From positions 33,751,851 through 33,815,850 of the forward strand of contig NC_057718.1 in the NCBI RefSeq assembly GCF_004010195.1: a stretch of 64,000 bases of DNA, read 5' to 3'. The notes beneath the pieces are model-generated. The model did no database searches. It worked only from the letters and a program-made list of their open reading frames with translations, and was not told the DNA's origin. Positions 11,085-24,200 of the stretch are shown here, in pieces. Origin of the DNA: Chiloscyllium plagiosum. Its lineage: Eukaryota. How positions within the stretch are numbered: position 1 is the stretch's first letter; each line of letters starts with the position of its first letter. The position numbers and the translations under genes are program-made.

Positions 11085-13080
11085 TTTAGAATCCTAGAGA
11101 TGTACAGCATGGAAACAGACCCTTTGGTCCAACTCGTCCATGCTGACCAGATATCCTATATTAATCTAGTCCCATTTGCCAGTACTTAAAACATATCCCT
11201 CTAAACCACATACCCATCCAGATGCCTTTTAAATGTTGTAATTATAGCAGGCGCTACCATACAGTCATAGAAATGTACAGCATGGAAACAGACCCTTTAG
11301 TCCAACTTGTCCATGCCGACCAGATATCCCAACCCAATCAAGTCACACCTGCCAGCACCCGGCCCATATCCCTCTAAACCCTTCCTATTCATATACCCAT
11401 CCAAATGCCTCTTAAATGTTGCAATTGTACCAGCCTCCACCACATTCTCTGGCAGCTTATTCCATACACGTACTACCCTCTGCGTGAAAAAGTTGCCCCT
11501 TAGGTCTCTTTTATACCTTTCCCCTCTCGCCCTAAACCTATGCCCTTTAGTTCTGGACTCCCTGACCCCAGGGAAAAGACCATGTCTATTTATCCTATCC
11601 ATGCTCCTCATAATTTTGCTCCTCTATAAGGTCACTCCTCCGCCTCCAGGGAAAACAGCCCCACCCTGTTCAGCCTCTCCCTGTAGCTCAAATCCTCCAA
11701 CCTTAGCAACATCCTTGTAAATCTTTTCTGAACCCTTTCAAGTTTCACANNNNNNNNNNNNNNNNNNNNNNNNNNNNNNNNNNNNNNNNNNNNNNNNNNN
11801 NNNNNNNNNNNNNNNNNNNNNNNNNCCATTAAGTGTATAAGTCCTGCTAAGATTTGCTTTCCCAAAATGCAGCACCACGCATTTATCTGATTTTAAACTC
11901 CATCTGCCACTTCTCAGTCCATTGACCCATCTGGTCAAGATCCTGTTGTAATCTGAGGTAACCTTCTTCGCTGTCCACTACACCTCCAATTTTGGTGTCG
12001 TCTGCAAACTAACTAACTACCTCTTATGCTCGCATCCAAATCATTTATGTAAATGACAAAAAGTAGAGGATCCTGCACCGATCCTTGTGCCGCTCCACTG
12101 GTCATAGGCTTCCAGTCTGAAAAACAACCCTCCACCACCACCCTCTGTCTTCTACCTTTGAGTCAGTTCTGTATCCAAATGGCTAGTTCTCCCTGTATTC
12201 CATGAGATCTAATCTTGCTAATCAGTCTCCCATGGGGAACCTTGTCAAACGTCTTACTGAAGTCCACATAGATCACATCTACAGCTCTGCCCTCATCAAT
12301 CTTCTTTGTTAGCTCTTCAAAAAACTCAATCAAGTTTGTGAGACATGATTTCCCATGCACAAAGCCACGTTGCCTATCCCTAATCAGTCCTTGCCTTTCC
12401 AAATACATGTACATCCTGTCCCTCAGGATTCCCACCACTGAGGTCAGGCTCACCAGTCTATAGTTCCCTGGCTTGTCTTTACCACCCTTCTTAAACAGTG
12501 GCACCACGTTTGCCAACCTCCAGTCTTCCGGTACCTCACCTATGACTATTGATGATACAAATATCTCAGCAAGAGGCCCAGCAATCACTTCTCTAGCTTC
12601 CCACAGAGTTCTCGGGTACACCTGATCAGGTCCTAGGGATTTATCCACCTTTAACCACTTCCTCTGGCAGCTAATTCCATACATGCACCACCCTTTGTGT
12701 GAAAAGGTTGCCCCTTAAGTCCCTTTTAAATCAGTCCCTCTCACACTAAACATATGCCCTCTAGTTATGGACTCCCCTAACTCTGGTAAAAGACCTTGTC
12801 TATTTATCCTATCCATGCCCCTCATGATTTTATAAACCTCAAAATGATCAGCCCTCAACCTCCGATACTGCAGGGAAAATAGCCCCAGTCCATTCAGCCT
12901 CTGCCAATAGCTCAAACCCTCCAACCCTGGCAACATTGTTATAAATCTTTCTGAACCCTTTCAAGTTTCACAACATCCTTCCTGGAGGAGGGAGACCAGA
13001 ATTGCACACAATATTCCAAAAGTGGCCTCATCAATATCGTGTAAAGCCCAAATATGATCTCCCAACTCCTGTACCCAATG
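11085..13080 (-). mobile_element. Nested CR1/HER1 LINE 3' fragments (three pieces) with assembly gap
   Basis: ORFs 12163-12684 (RT N-terminal half), 11297-11611 (RGNFFTQRVVRVWNKLP) and 12715-12936; repeated 3' ends gatgtacagcatggaaacagaccc. Confidence 0.9.
11750..11825. other. Assembly gap (76 N)
   Basis: Run of N. Confidence 1.
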
Positions 13081-13666
13081 TTTTGTGATGTGATTGCTCT
13101 TCAAATGATTACCAATTTTATTTTAGCTTCAGAACTAACATTTGAGATGCAATGAAAGTTAATCTTGCTCTTGAATAATATAATGTATGTATTCTGAAAT
13201 TGCATGCTCAAATAATTCACGTATAGAGAGTTCCACAACAGTGGGCCGACAACTTTTGAAATGGCTCTGGAAGTGGTTGTGACAATTTCACGTTCCTGTG
13301 GAATTTTGGAAAATGCCTGCTCTGCTGTTTTTTTTTTGTATTGCTTTCTTTATTGGAACTCTGATTATGCTCCCCAGTTCATACCATTGCTCCCTTGTGA
13401 GTTTATAATTTTGTTTTCAACTTCTGTTTACTGTTCAAGTACTTCTGTGGCTTTCCACCTTTTGTAATGCTTTCTTCACCACTTTCTAGTGTTTCTTTTT
13501 TGGCTGCCCTCAGCTGCCAACATGTTTTGCTAGAGTGTTAGAGCTTGATTATCTTTCAAATTACTTGTCTGCAATCTATGTTGATTTCAGCAAAAACCTT
13601 TTATTTACAGACTTCATGCATGAATTTGGAGTGTCTCCTTCATGAGATCTCTTGACAAACTTCTCG

Positions 13667-14575
13667 AGTCGTAGAATCGTAGAGATGTACAGCATAGAAA
13701 CAGACCCTTTGATCCAACCCATCCATGGTGACCCGATATCTTAAATTAACCGAGTCCCATTTGGTCTATATCCCACTAAACCCTTCCTAATCATATACTC
13801 ATCTAGATGCCTTTTCAATGTTGTAATTGTACCAGCCTCCACAATTTCCTCTAGCAGTTTATTCCATACATGCACCACCCTCTGCATGAGAAGTTGCCTT
13901 TTAGGTCCCTTTTTAAATCAATGCCCTCTCAACTTAAAGCTATGCCGTCTAGTTTTGGCCTCCCCCACCCTTGTCTCTTAATCCTATCCATGCCCCTCAT
14001 AATTTTAAACCTCTGTAAGGTCACCCTTCAGCATCCAGCGAAAATACCTTCAGCCTATTCAGCCTCTCCTTATAGCTCAAACCCTCCAACTGTGGCAATA
14101 TTCTCGTAAATCTTTTCTGAACCCTTTCAAGTTTCACAACATTTTTTCTATAGCAGGGAGACCAGAATTGCTTGCAGTGTTTCGAAAGTGGCCTAACCAA
14201 TGTCCTGTGCAGCTGTGACGTGACTTCTCAATTCCCATACTCAGTGCACTGACCAATGAAATCAAGCTTACCAAATGCTTTCTTCACTATCCTGTTGACC
14301 TGAGACTCCACTTTCTGGGAACTATGAACCTGCACTCCAAGATCTTTTTGTTCAGCAATACTCCCCAGGACATTACCGTTAAGTGTATAAGTCCAGCCCT
14401 GATTTGCCTTTCCAAAATGCAGCACCTCACATTTATTTAAACTCCATCTACCACTCCTTGGAGATCAACATCCCGTTGTACTCTGAGGTAACCTTTTTAG
14501 CTGTCCACTACACCTCCATTTTGGGGTCATCTGCAAATTTACTAAACATACCTCCTATGTTCGCATCCAAATTAT
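13667..14575 (-). mobile_element. CR1/HER1 LINE, 5'-truncated
   Basis: LHFGKANQGWTYTLNG..EQKDLGVQVHSSQKV; intact 3' tail near 13670-13710. Confidence 0.88.
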
Positions 14576-15374
14576 GTGACCTTGCAATGTTACTCTGTGG
14601 TCCCCGAGACTCTTACCATTAACCCATGATTACCCAGGGTAGTCTTCCAAGAACACAGACTGTATTAACTTTTTGCATTCTTGTCATTCAACATAAAGCC
14701 ACATAATAGAATGTAATTGGAATTGTGATAACTTGTTTAAAAATGTGCCAGTTATTCAAGATGCAAATAGCAAAATGTGATTGAATATTCATTGATAACA
14801 TAAAATAATTAACCGTGACCACAAAAGACCTTGAGGGTCATTTCTTCACAACCATTATGCAAAATGAGAAAGGTTTCCATGAACTATCACAGTAGTGAGT
14901 GGATTTAATTTTGGCCATGAACAGCACTCTACCTATCCAGCCAACTGCTAAAAAGGGGGAAAGAAAATGACTGGAATATTTTATAGGTAGACTTCTGATA
15001 TAGATTTTCTTGTAAATCCCATCACTGGCTTTAATGTCTTTCAGTCTCCTCAGGCTTTCATTATTCTGCATTTGTAAAGTATAGTTTATGCTGAGCATCA
15101 ATTGTATTGGAATGTTTTCTACTTGCAAATCAAAAGAGACTAATGGATTATTTTGGAAATTCTCTAAGATGAACCTAGTGCACACACTATTTCTTCAGCC
15201 ATTTTTCTTCTAAAATTCTAGGCCAACATTTTCAATATGTATTCCCTTTAATTTCTCCAGTACTTTTGTTTTAAACTAATATTACCATCTTTAAAGTCAT
15301 TCTTTTCATTAGTATTTGGCTCATCATTATTTCTGAAATTGACATTGGCCTTGCCTACAAAAAAGACAAATGCC

Positions 15375-15625
15375 AGCAGCAACTTGCAAATACCACAGTC
15401 TCCTGTTGAGTTCCCCTCCAAGCCATAAAGTATCCTAATTCAGAACTATACAACTGTTACTAGATCAGTATTCTGGCGTTCCCTCCTAATACCCCTGTGA
15501 GTGTACCTACACCAGATTGACTTCACCAGCTCAAGAAAATAGCTAACTCATCCTTATGTAGACAAGGGCACTCAAAGATGGGCATCACATGTTAGCCTTG
15601 CTAGTAACATCCCATAAACAAAAAG
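15375..15625 (+). mobile_element. 3' end remnant of an old LINE
   Basis: agttcccctccaagcca...ctggcgttccctcctaa...gtgtacctacacca...gatgggca...gccttgctag..catcccat; its tail resembles the SINE tail at 37382-37450. Confidence 0.55.
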
Positions 15626-15724
15626 TGGGTTATGAAAGAAAGAAAATACAGGATTTATAAGCAAAACTATATATTTGATGCCAGCAGGTATTTCCTTTTA
15701 TAGACTATCCTTGTCCACTGAAAC

Positions 15725-16800
15725 AGAGAGAGCTATACAACAAACAGACCCTTTGGTCCAACTTTTCCATGCCAACCGTGTTCCCAAACTAAACTGGTCC
15801 CACCTACCTGCATTTAGCCCATATCCTTCAAACTTTTCCTATTCATGTACTTACCTGACTGTGTTCTAAACATTGTAACTGTACCTGCATCCACCACTTC
15901 CTCTGGCAGTTCATTCCAACCACTGACCACCCTCTGTATAAAAAAAGTTGCCCCTCATGTCCTTTTTAAACCTTTTTGCACTCCCTTTAAGAATATGCCC
16001 TGTAGTTTTGGACTCATCCCAGTTTAGGAAAAAGTCTTTTGCCATTTCACCTTATCTGTGCCCCTCGTGATTTTATAAACCTCTATAAAGTCACCCCTCA
16101 ACCTCCTATGTTCCAGTGAAAAATTCCCAGCCTGCCCAGCCTATTTTTATAACTCAAACTGTCCATTCCCGGCAACATCTTGCTAAATCTTTTCTGAACT
16201 CTCTCCAAGTTTATAATAGCCTTCCTATAACAGGGCAACCAGAAGTGCATACAATACTCCAGAAGAAGCTTCACCAATGTCCTGTACAACCTCAATATGA
16301 CGTCCCAACTGTCTGAGCAATGCAAGCATGCTATATGCCGCCTTCACCACCTTGTGACAGAAATTTCAAAGAATTATGTACCTGAATCTCTTGGTCTCTC
16401 TGTTCTACAATACTTCCTAGGGCCATTCTGTTAATTGTATAAGTCCTGCTTTTGTTTGTTTTACCAAAATGCAGTACCTCGTTTATCCAAATGAAAGCTC
16501 ATCTGCCACTCCTCTGCCCATCTACCCAGTTGATCAAGATCTCTTTGATAAGCTGCTTCATTGTCCACTATACCACCAAATTTGGTGCCATCCACAAGCT
16601 TACCTACCATGCCTCTCATATTCTCATCCAAATTATTTCTGTACATGACAACCAGAAGTGGACTCAGTACCAATCCCTGTGGACCACTGCTGGAAACAGG
16701 CATTGAAAAAACAGCCCTCCACCACTACCCTTTGTCTCCTATCATAAAGCCAATTTTGTATCTGATTGGCAAGCTCACCCTGAATCCCATGTGATCTAAA
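15725..16800 (-). mobile_element. CR1/HER1 LINE, 5'-truncated, older
   Basis: SSGPQGLVLSPLL..GKLVDGTKFGG; LYRTLVKLLLEYCMHFWLP..LERVQKRF. Confidence 0.88.
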
Positions 16801-17591
16801 TAATATAAAGATGTTGTGAATAGTTTAGTTTAATTACATTCCTTGAAAGCAAAGTTCAACATATTCTGGAGTGAAGTGGGTGTTTGTAGTTATAGAGGGT
16901 AATTTGGTTGTTAACTGGAACCTTACTGTGTTGTCGTTTGCAATTGGGTAGGAAATTGTCAGTGATTTCCCTGAATGGGCTACTGTTTTTGTTTCCATTT
17001 TGCTTTTCTCAGAGACTATGATTAGGAAATAAGTCAGAAGTGTAAATAGTTGTATTGGGGTGAATTTTAACCAGGAGTGACATGTAGGTTTAGGAAAGTG
17101 CGTGGAGATCAAAAGGGCCAAAAATGTAAGTCTGTCTGGATGTCAGCTTGAACGTGTCAACCTGCCCCCTTTAACTTAAGTGCATTATATTGGATGTGCT
17201 TAACAACCTTGGATGAAGTGGTCAAGTGATTTTAAATACTGTAATTGTTCAATTGCAACCTAGTTTTGAATCTAACAATTTCTCTATTGGTTTCCTGGGG
17301 TACCTGAAGCTCTCCATTGAAAGCAAGGCGATAACGCAATGGTAATTTGCACATTAAAAGTCAGATAAATGCTTCAGTCAATATAGTGATTACAGCTTTC
17401 TTACTATCAATTGGGAGTATTTTATTCATGGTGCAGTTGCGCGAAGAGTTCACTGCCCAATGTCAAGAGTTTTTCAAATCACTGATCAGCTTTGGCTACC
17501 TGATATTGGAACTCTAATGATACCACCACCAGCAGTAACAGCATCCTGCTGTTTCCAGAGCTTCAGCTGCATAGGTAGATACTCAGCTTTG

Positions 17592-17695
17592 AGTTCTGAG
17601 GAAGACACACTTGACCAGAAAAGTTAACTCTGATTTCTATCCAGAGATCCTGCCAGACCTGCTCGGCTTTTCCAGCAATTTCTGTTTTTGGTTTA
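17592..17695 (+). mobile_element. Older short Penelope-derived element with decayed hammerhead
   Basis: ttCTGAGGAag...ccaGAAAagttaactctg...cagagatcctgccagacctgct..tttccagcaatttctgttttt. Confidence 0.6.
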
Positions 17696-20103
17696 GCTTT
17701 CTTGCTCTGCTGGAAGACTGGGATTCTAGATGTTCTGATTGCTGTGTCAGGTTGGCAGACGTGTACAGCCAAATAGGTGAAAACTTGCTCCTTCCTGGAG
17801 CTGGTGACAATGTATTTCAAGTGGCTGTCAAAGTCAACACTATCCTCAACTTATTGGTATCTGGATTCATTTCAAGGCGTTGCTGAAGATGTGTGACACT
17901 GAGTTAGGGGATCCTGGATAAGTATAGAAATCTAGTGGCTGATACAGTATCTACTAGGATGCGAAATTGAGGACTTCATTATTGGTGATGCCAGTAAGAT
18001 GAATTCATTTTTGTATCTCTGGCTTGTTTCTCATCGGTCATCAATTTTATACAAATGACCATCTGTGTGTCCTCAGTGTAACCCAAGCTATTTTAGAATT
18101 GCAGGGGGTTCCATTCCATCAAGTGCTATTAATGTGCAAATGCAAAAAGAATGCAAAACTCAGGTTCCTGCGCATTGCCATGATGCTTTCATCCTTTGGC
18201 AGTCCAAGCACCCTAATATCTTTTGGTCTGGAAACAGATATCAAGTGTGACTGCCTGGAGACTAGGAGTATCCTCTTCAGAGTTGACTGATGACAACTGT
18301 GAAACATCCAACTGATTATGTCCCAAGAATGGTACTATGTAAATCATATTAGATGTGTTACTGAGCAAGTAATTTGCGTGCTGAGTACGCATTTCAGGTG
18401 CCTGGATAAATCTGGAAGTGCCCTTCAGTTCTAGATTGTCTCAAACTCTAGTTTACTGTGGTCTGCACAAATTGCAAGACAGTGAGGGGAAAGAATAAGT
18501 TGCAGAGCGCACAATCTGTAGAAGAATCTGAGAAAATGAAAAATGATAAAGCTAGTATTATAAACTCGGTGCTAGAGATACCTTTTAATGTCAAATTCAA
18601 TTGTTGCTACTAAAGATGGAATTACATCCAATACCCACACATTGTCCACCAACCTTCACCCCTAACAAAGAACTGACAGAGAAACCTGTGAACAACCATT
18701 CAAAGTGCTCCCACCCCCACCCCGACCAATCCATAATTCATTGATTTATGTAAGGGAAAAATGTACTTGCTACCTAGTTAAGAATGGGCACTACAAGAAA
18801 GTGATGAAAATTAATACATTTTCTGATTTACAAGGATAGCTAATTATGGAATATAAACACATAAAGCTCTTTTTTACAGCAAAATTTAAGTTTTTTTCTG
18901 GTCAATATGCCCCAGATCTTCCAATAAATGCATTACCAGTTAGAGCTTTTGGAGAATTGAAAAGAGTAGCTTCTTTGAACTGGGACAGTGCAATGATCAG
19001 TCAATAAGATTGTTTGAACATCCTTTGCTAAATTGGTCATTTATTTTTTTAAACAAAAGGAACTTCCTTTAGCTCCCAGTACTTTATCTGATTATTTTCT
19101 GCTACTGGTAAAAAGTAATATTAAAAAAGAAAACACATCATTTTAAAAACATCAAAGGAGACAGCTAAGTTTTCATTAAAATTGAGCATGATCGTAAAAA
19201 AAAAATACAATTCATTATCAACTCTGCATTACTGAAAAATGCAACAAATCAAGTGTCAAACATTAAACTTTGAGGGGTCAGTGAAATATGACTTCAGCTG
19301 CCACTCTCCTGTAGAAAATAAATCATGCACTTTTAACACTTGCATTTCCCTTTTTGGCTTTCATGTACTCATTAGTCTGGCATTGCTGCTATGATGGAAA
19401 GCAAATCATTTCCACAATGGAAAGGATGCATTCCAAGCTCTGCGCAGTGCCCTGTTACAAGTGGAACAATGCTTCTTCCATGCTCCTAGCCATTGATTGG
19501 AGGCTAACTGGCAGGCCAGTACACCAGGTGTCTCTGGTTTACTACAATAGCAGTGCTTTTCTTTAGTCTTCTAATGAAATGCACATCTGAGCCTTCTCCT
19601 GCAGAGCTGGTATATGACATGGCCATTATTGGGATTTGCACAAAAACATTTCTGTATCACTGACCTTATTTCAAACTATTTGTCCTGATGACTAAATACG
19701 TGTAAATCTTAACTGAATTAGTCCATGAGACACACAAAATGATCGGGTCTTGGTTATTGGCTGAGAGTGTAATGTCAAGTGACAATATTGAGGTCTGCTG
19801 AAGCTGCAGCTGCTGACCAGGCAGTTAAATCCTGACTACCATATATCTGATAACAGAGAGGAGTGAGGGCTGAGGGAAATAGGTTTGTGGTCAGTCCATC
19901 TGTAGATTCATTTAATGGTGCCTTTTATGCTAAGACAAAGAGTGGAGGCAAGAGTCAACAGTCCACTATTGTTCAGGATAGCCATTGCAATGCTGAGAGC
20001 CACAGGTGTTCTGACAATGTTATCCACTATCCTAAGCAGTGTTTCCTTCACGGTAATGAGCTGATGAAACCACTGGCCCTTTAGGTTGACTCTTTGCTAA
20101 GGA

Positions 20104-20296
20104 GTTGCAAAGCGTGGTGCTGAAAAAACAGCAGGTTAGGCAGCATCCGAGGTGCAGTAGAGTAGACGTTTTGGGCGTAAGCCCTTCTTCATCAGGAAAG
20201 CTCCTGCTCCTTGGATGCTACCTGATCTGCTGTGTTTTTTCAGTGCCACACTTTTCGATTCTGACTCTACAGCAGCTGCAGTCCTCACTTTCTCCT
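20104..20296. mobile_element. Fold-back Penelope-derived mini-element
   Basis: Inverted arms around gcccttcttcatcagg (minus strand CTGATGAAGAAGGG); decayed 15-bp TSD actctttgctaagga (20089-20103) / actatttgtcaagga (20297-20311). Confidence 0.8.
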
Positions 20297-20803
20297 ACTA
20301 TTTGTCAAGGACTACCTTTTCCTGTAACAGATAGGGCAGAATGTCAGTAACTGTATGTTGTCATGGATCTTTTGTAAGTTGTCTCCCCGTTGACAGAAAA
20401 TAGATCAAATAAATTTCTTTCCTATATTTTTCTAATTCTCATTTACTTTTAATGATTGAGTTAAGTTAATTTTTTGATGGAGAAATAGTCTTCACAGGAA
20501 AAGAAACTTGTGTGAAACCTAAGCCATATGAAATGTTCTTCGCTTTGTATTCTTGATGGAATGCTTAGATGGGTTATCTGTGTACATCTTTTTTAACGCA
20601 TTGAATTTTGTAACTTGCACTTGGCAGAATACCCATGATAATTACAACATAACATTTTATTGAAATCAGTAAAATGTTACATCTTTGCTCTTCAGGAGTT
20701 TGGTAGCCAACAATTGCATTGATGAGACTTGTAAATTTGTGAAAAAGGTAGTTTGAAAGAATATGCAATGTTTCATTTTATATTACTGTTTTTCCCCATG
20801 TAG

Positions 20804-20893
20804 GATGACAGGTAGAGAATTCTTCACTCGTTTTCCTACACTTTATCCCTTCCTCCTAAAACAACTGGAGACGGTGGCAAACACGATGGATAG
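20804..20893 (+). CDS. THADA: THADA internal coding exon (90 nt, phase 2/2)
   Basis: Pyrimidine tract plus TAG acceptor (AG 20802-20803) and GTAAGA donor at 20894. Translates (R)MTGREFFTRFPTLYPFLLKQLETVANTMD(S), matching the vertebrate THADA segment RMTGREFFSRFPELYPFLLKQLETVANTVDS as I recall it. Confidence 0.95.
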
Positions 20894-22288
20894 GTAAGAA
20901 ACTAAGTGTTTAAGTTTGACTATTTGTGGAAACTTTTGCATTAACAAGCTTATCATTGCAAAATCTATTACGTTTTCTATTTTAGAATGTGGATATTAGA
21001 GTACAGGAAGTGATCCCATTTTGTCTGTGATAGCTGTTGGCTGGAATGTTGTTAAATTAACCCCACGACCCTGCTGTTTCTTCACCTTGTAGATTTTGCT
21101 GTTACTTTGCGTTTATTTAGTTTTTCTTTAAAATATGTCCTCTCTCAGCATATATTCACATATCCATGGGCATAACAAATTTTCTTTCTCTTCTCACTCT
21201 GTTACGGGAAAGTATTAAATTAATGTCCTCATGACTGACACCCCCCAACAAAATAGCTTTTTTTTATTTAATCAATCAATATTTGGATGCAGTATCTCAA
21301 GTCTGCTCATAACAGTAGTTACAATCTTGATAAGTCTTTATCTCTATTGCTGTCATGTTATACATGTACTTTCTGCCTTTTTAAATTGCTGAAATGAACA
21401 CTGTGTTCTTTTTCCTTATTCCCCTCTCCCGTATCCTCCTCCAGGATGGTTAAAATTGTGATGAGATAGTTTATCTTGGTAATATTCTGCAATAAGATTT
21501 TCTTGACCTAGTATTTTAAAGAAGGAACCAAGATAAGGATCATTATAGATCAAAAGTTACAGTAAGCCTATAATGGAAGGAAATTAAGTTTTAACTATAC
21601 TTTAGTAATGGCATTTGTAGATCAAAAGATGATCTGTTGAGACTTGAGTAAGAATAGCAAAAGCTAATATATTAATAAACAGTCTTTTTGTAGTACAGTA
21701 TTTAAGTATTGCTGAAAAAAGTTTGGCAACGTTTTTCACTTTGCACTCATCAGGATAATATGCAGGAAATACCAACCTAAAAGAAGACTGCCTTTTTCAA
21801 CTTTGGGAAGAGCATGCTAATTGGTTGGCATATAGATTCTGACAGAAGTATTATGTGGCAGTTGATCCAGTTAGATTAAGAATGACAGTTAACTATCAAG
21901 TGTTGTTTAAACTGACACATTGACTCTGGTCACGATAATGCCTGAAGAAATGAACCAAAGAATGGCCAGCACAGGTTTAGTTGAGTTGAAACCTGCGCAA
22001 TATGTGTACTTGTTCTTTCTTTCTACAAAGAACAGGGTCATGTGTGTTAAGATATGTGCACACTGGAAGCTACAAGTGCTCCACACTGTGAGCCTGATAT
22101 TCTGAAATTTGTTTTGCACACTCTGGACTATTTAGCAAGTGTGTAATTGTGGAATCACATCTAATATTGGACACTTGTTTTGCAACCACAAAGTAGTTGG
22201 GTATATTGAGTACTTTGCTTGTTACGCACAACCAAAGGGATACATAGTTTGATGCAAACAGTCAGGCTTTAGGATGTATGGACTACAT

Positions 22289-23016
22289 GAGCAAGACGAA
22301 TGTAGTGTACAAAATACCATGCAAGGACTGCACTAAACACTATATAGGACAGACAGGAAGACAGCTAACAATCCGCATACATGAACATCAACTAGCCACG
22401 AAACGACACAACCAGCTATCCTTAGTAGCCACACACACAGACAACAAGCAACATGAATTCGACTGGGACAACACTACCATCATAGGGCAAGCCAGACAGA
22501 GAACAGCCAGGGAACTCCTAGAGGCATGGCATTCATCCACAAACTCCATCAACAAACACATCGACCTGGACCCAATATACCAACCACTACAGCGGACAGC
22601 TGAAACTGACAACCGGAAGCGGCAGGGAAAGACCACTATAAACACCGGAGGAAACAACACACGACCAGCTATCCTTAGTAGCCACACACGCAGACAACAA
22701 GCAACATGAATTCGACTGGGACAACACTACTATCATAGGGCAAGCCAGACAGAGAACAGCCAGGGAATTCCTAGAGGCATGGCATTCATCCACAAACTCC
22801 ATCAACAAACACATCGACCTGGACTCAATATACCAACCACTACAGCGGACGGCTGAAACTGACAACCGGAAGCGGCAGGGACAGACCACTATAAACACCG
22901 GAGGAAACATCAAAGAAGCGCTTCGCAGGAGGCTCCCAAGCACTGATGATGTCGCCTAGCCAGGGGACGAAACGTTTGCAACAAAAACTTCCAGCTCGGC
23001 GAACAGAACCACAACA
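22289..23016 (+). mobile_element. Penelope-like retroelement 3' part: GIY-YIG endonuclease fragment, partial tandem repeat and pLTR
   Basis: NVVYKIPCKDCTKHYIGQTGRQLTIRIHEH...RELLEAWH is a PLE GIY-YIG domain; 251-bp unit repeated (22406-22656, 22659-22909); TSD atggactacat at 22278-22288 and 23017-23027. Confidence 0.92.
22940..22979 (+). ncRNA. Minimal type-I hammerhead ribozyme in the Penelope pLTR
   Basis: gca-CTGATGA-T-gtcgcct(agcc)aggggac-GAAACGTT-tgc: conserved core, 7-bp stem II with one mismatch, palindromic ACGT stem III, 3-bp stem I. Confidence 0.78.
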
Positions 23017-23829
23017 ATGGACTACATAGTTGACATCACTGAAATTTGTATACCATGCTTGTCATTTGTGTGATAAACAGAATGTTATTTTGGCTTGACC
23101 GGAACAGCATGTTAGTAGCAAATATCACTTAACAGCAGTATGGAACAGATAGCTTCACTTGTTACTCAGACTTCTGAGACATCTTACCTTTCCAAGATAA
23201 TCTATGGTAGACTACGCATTTTTCAGGACCAAAAATGATTTGTGGGAAGCAGATGGGCTGAGGCAGCTGTGTCAGAGAAATACAAATAGGCAACCTTTGA
23301 ATGGACAAATGAACAAGAGAATGTGAAGCCAAAAGATAAGCTACTTATCAGTTAGGATACAGACATGATGCTTGGTGTGTTCTACCTTCTGGAGTAAGTG
23401 CAAAGTTTATTGTGAAGCTAAATGCATAGCTTTGTCTGCTCAGTAATTTGCTGAAGAAATGTTGATACGTAGAAGACTGTGTGTGGTTCTGAAAGTCTGA
23501 GAACACAAATACATTGGAGAAATTGAGAGAGATGGTGGAAAAATAGAAGTGACTGTCTTCTGCACCCATGTGTAAGTTGACTCCGTGTCATCAGCCAGTG
23601 TAATCAAAGGACAACATAAAGAAGAGCAGATCAAGAGGGATCCTAAGTAAAGATGCACAGGTGGAAAGGGAAATTATTGCTCGAAATGTTCGAATTGTGA
23701 TTGATTATATATTCTAATTATAATAAGAAAGAATCACCCCAAATAATGGCAGAAAGACATAGGACAGAATGAAGATGCTGCTGTTCTTAACTGCTGCGGT
23801 GAGGTTAAGTTAGTATGCATGTAACATCT

Positions 23830-24200
23830 TACATGCCCATGGAATGTTACAAAGAACTTCACAACAATTGGACTGCAATCACTATTATATAGACTAACAT
23901 AGCAATGATGTTGCAGACAGCAAGGACCCCATAAACAGTAATGGGATGAAAATCAGGTAATCAATTTTGATCTGTTCTGATGAAGGATTATTGGACCTGA
24001 AATGTTGACTGTGCTCTCCACAGATGCCACCAAATTTCCTGAGTTTCTCCAGCAATTCCTCTTTTGTTTCAGAATTCCAGCATCTGCATTCTTTGTTTTA
24101 TTAATCAGTTTTGATGTTGGTTAATGGGTAAATGTGTGCCAAAACAATGGTGCTTTTTAATAGCACCAAGAGGCCTCATGGAGGTGTTTGAACAAATGAA
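23830..24200 (-). mobile_element. Old Deu-domain SINE remnant, interrupted by a hammerhead element
   Basis: ttgcagacagcaaggaccccataaacagtaatg...caggtaatc..ttttgat[insert]gttggttaatgggtaaat; homologous to 3110-3180 and 63780-63860. Confidence 0.6.
23972..24101 (+). mobile_element. Short Penelope-derived element with hammerhead core
   Basis: CTGATGA (23977-23983) AGG-attattgga-CCT GAAATGTT; ends ttccagcatctgcattctttgttttat; 14-bp TSD taatca(a/g)ttttgat at 23958-23971 and 24102-24115. Confidence 0.78.

Noticed and set aside
14838..15185. 115-aa ORF in unique sequence (also 41538-41807 and 44504-44800)
   Set aside because: No recognisable domain or splice support, and the THADA exons already join in frame without extra exons.
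17700..18300. Possible very old RTE-like fragment
   Set aside because: Similarity is too faint to support by eye.
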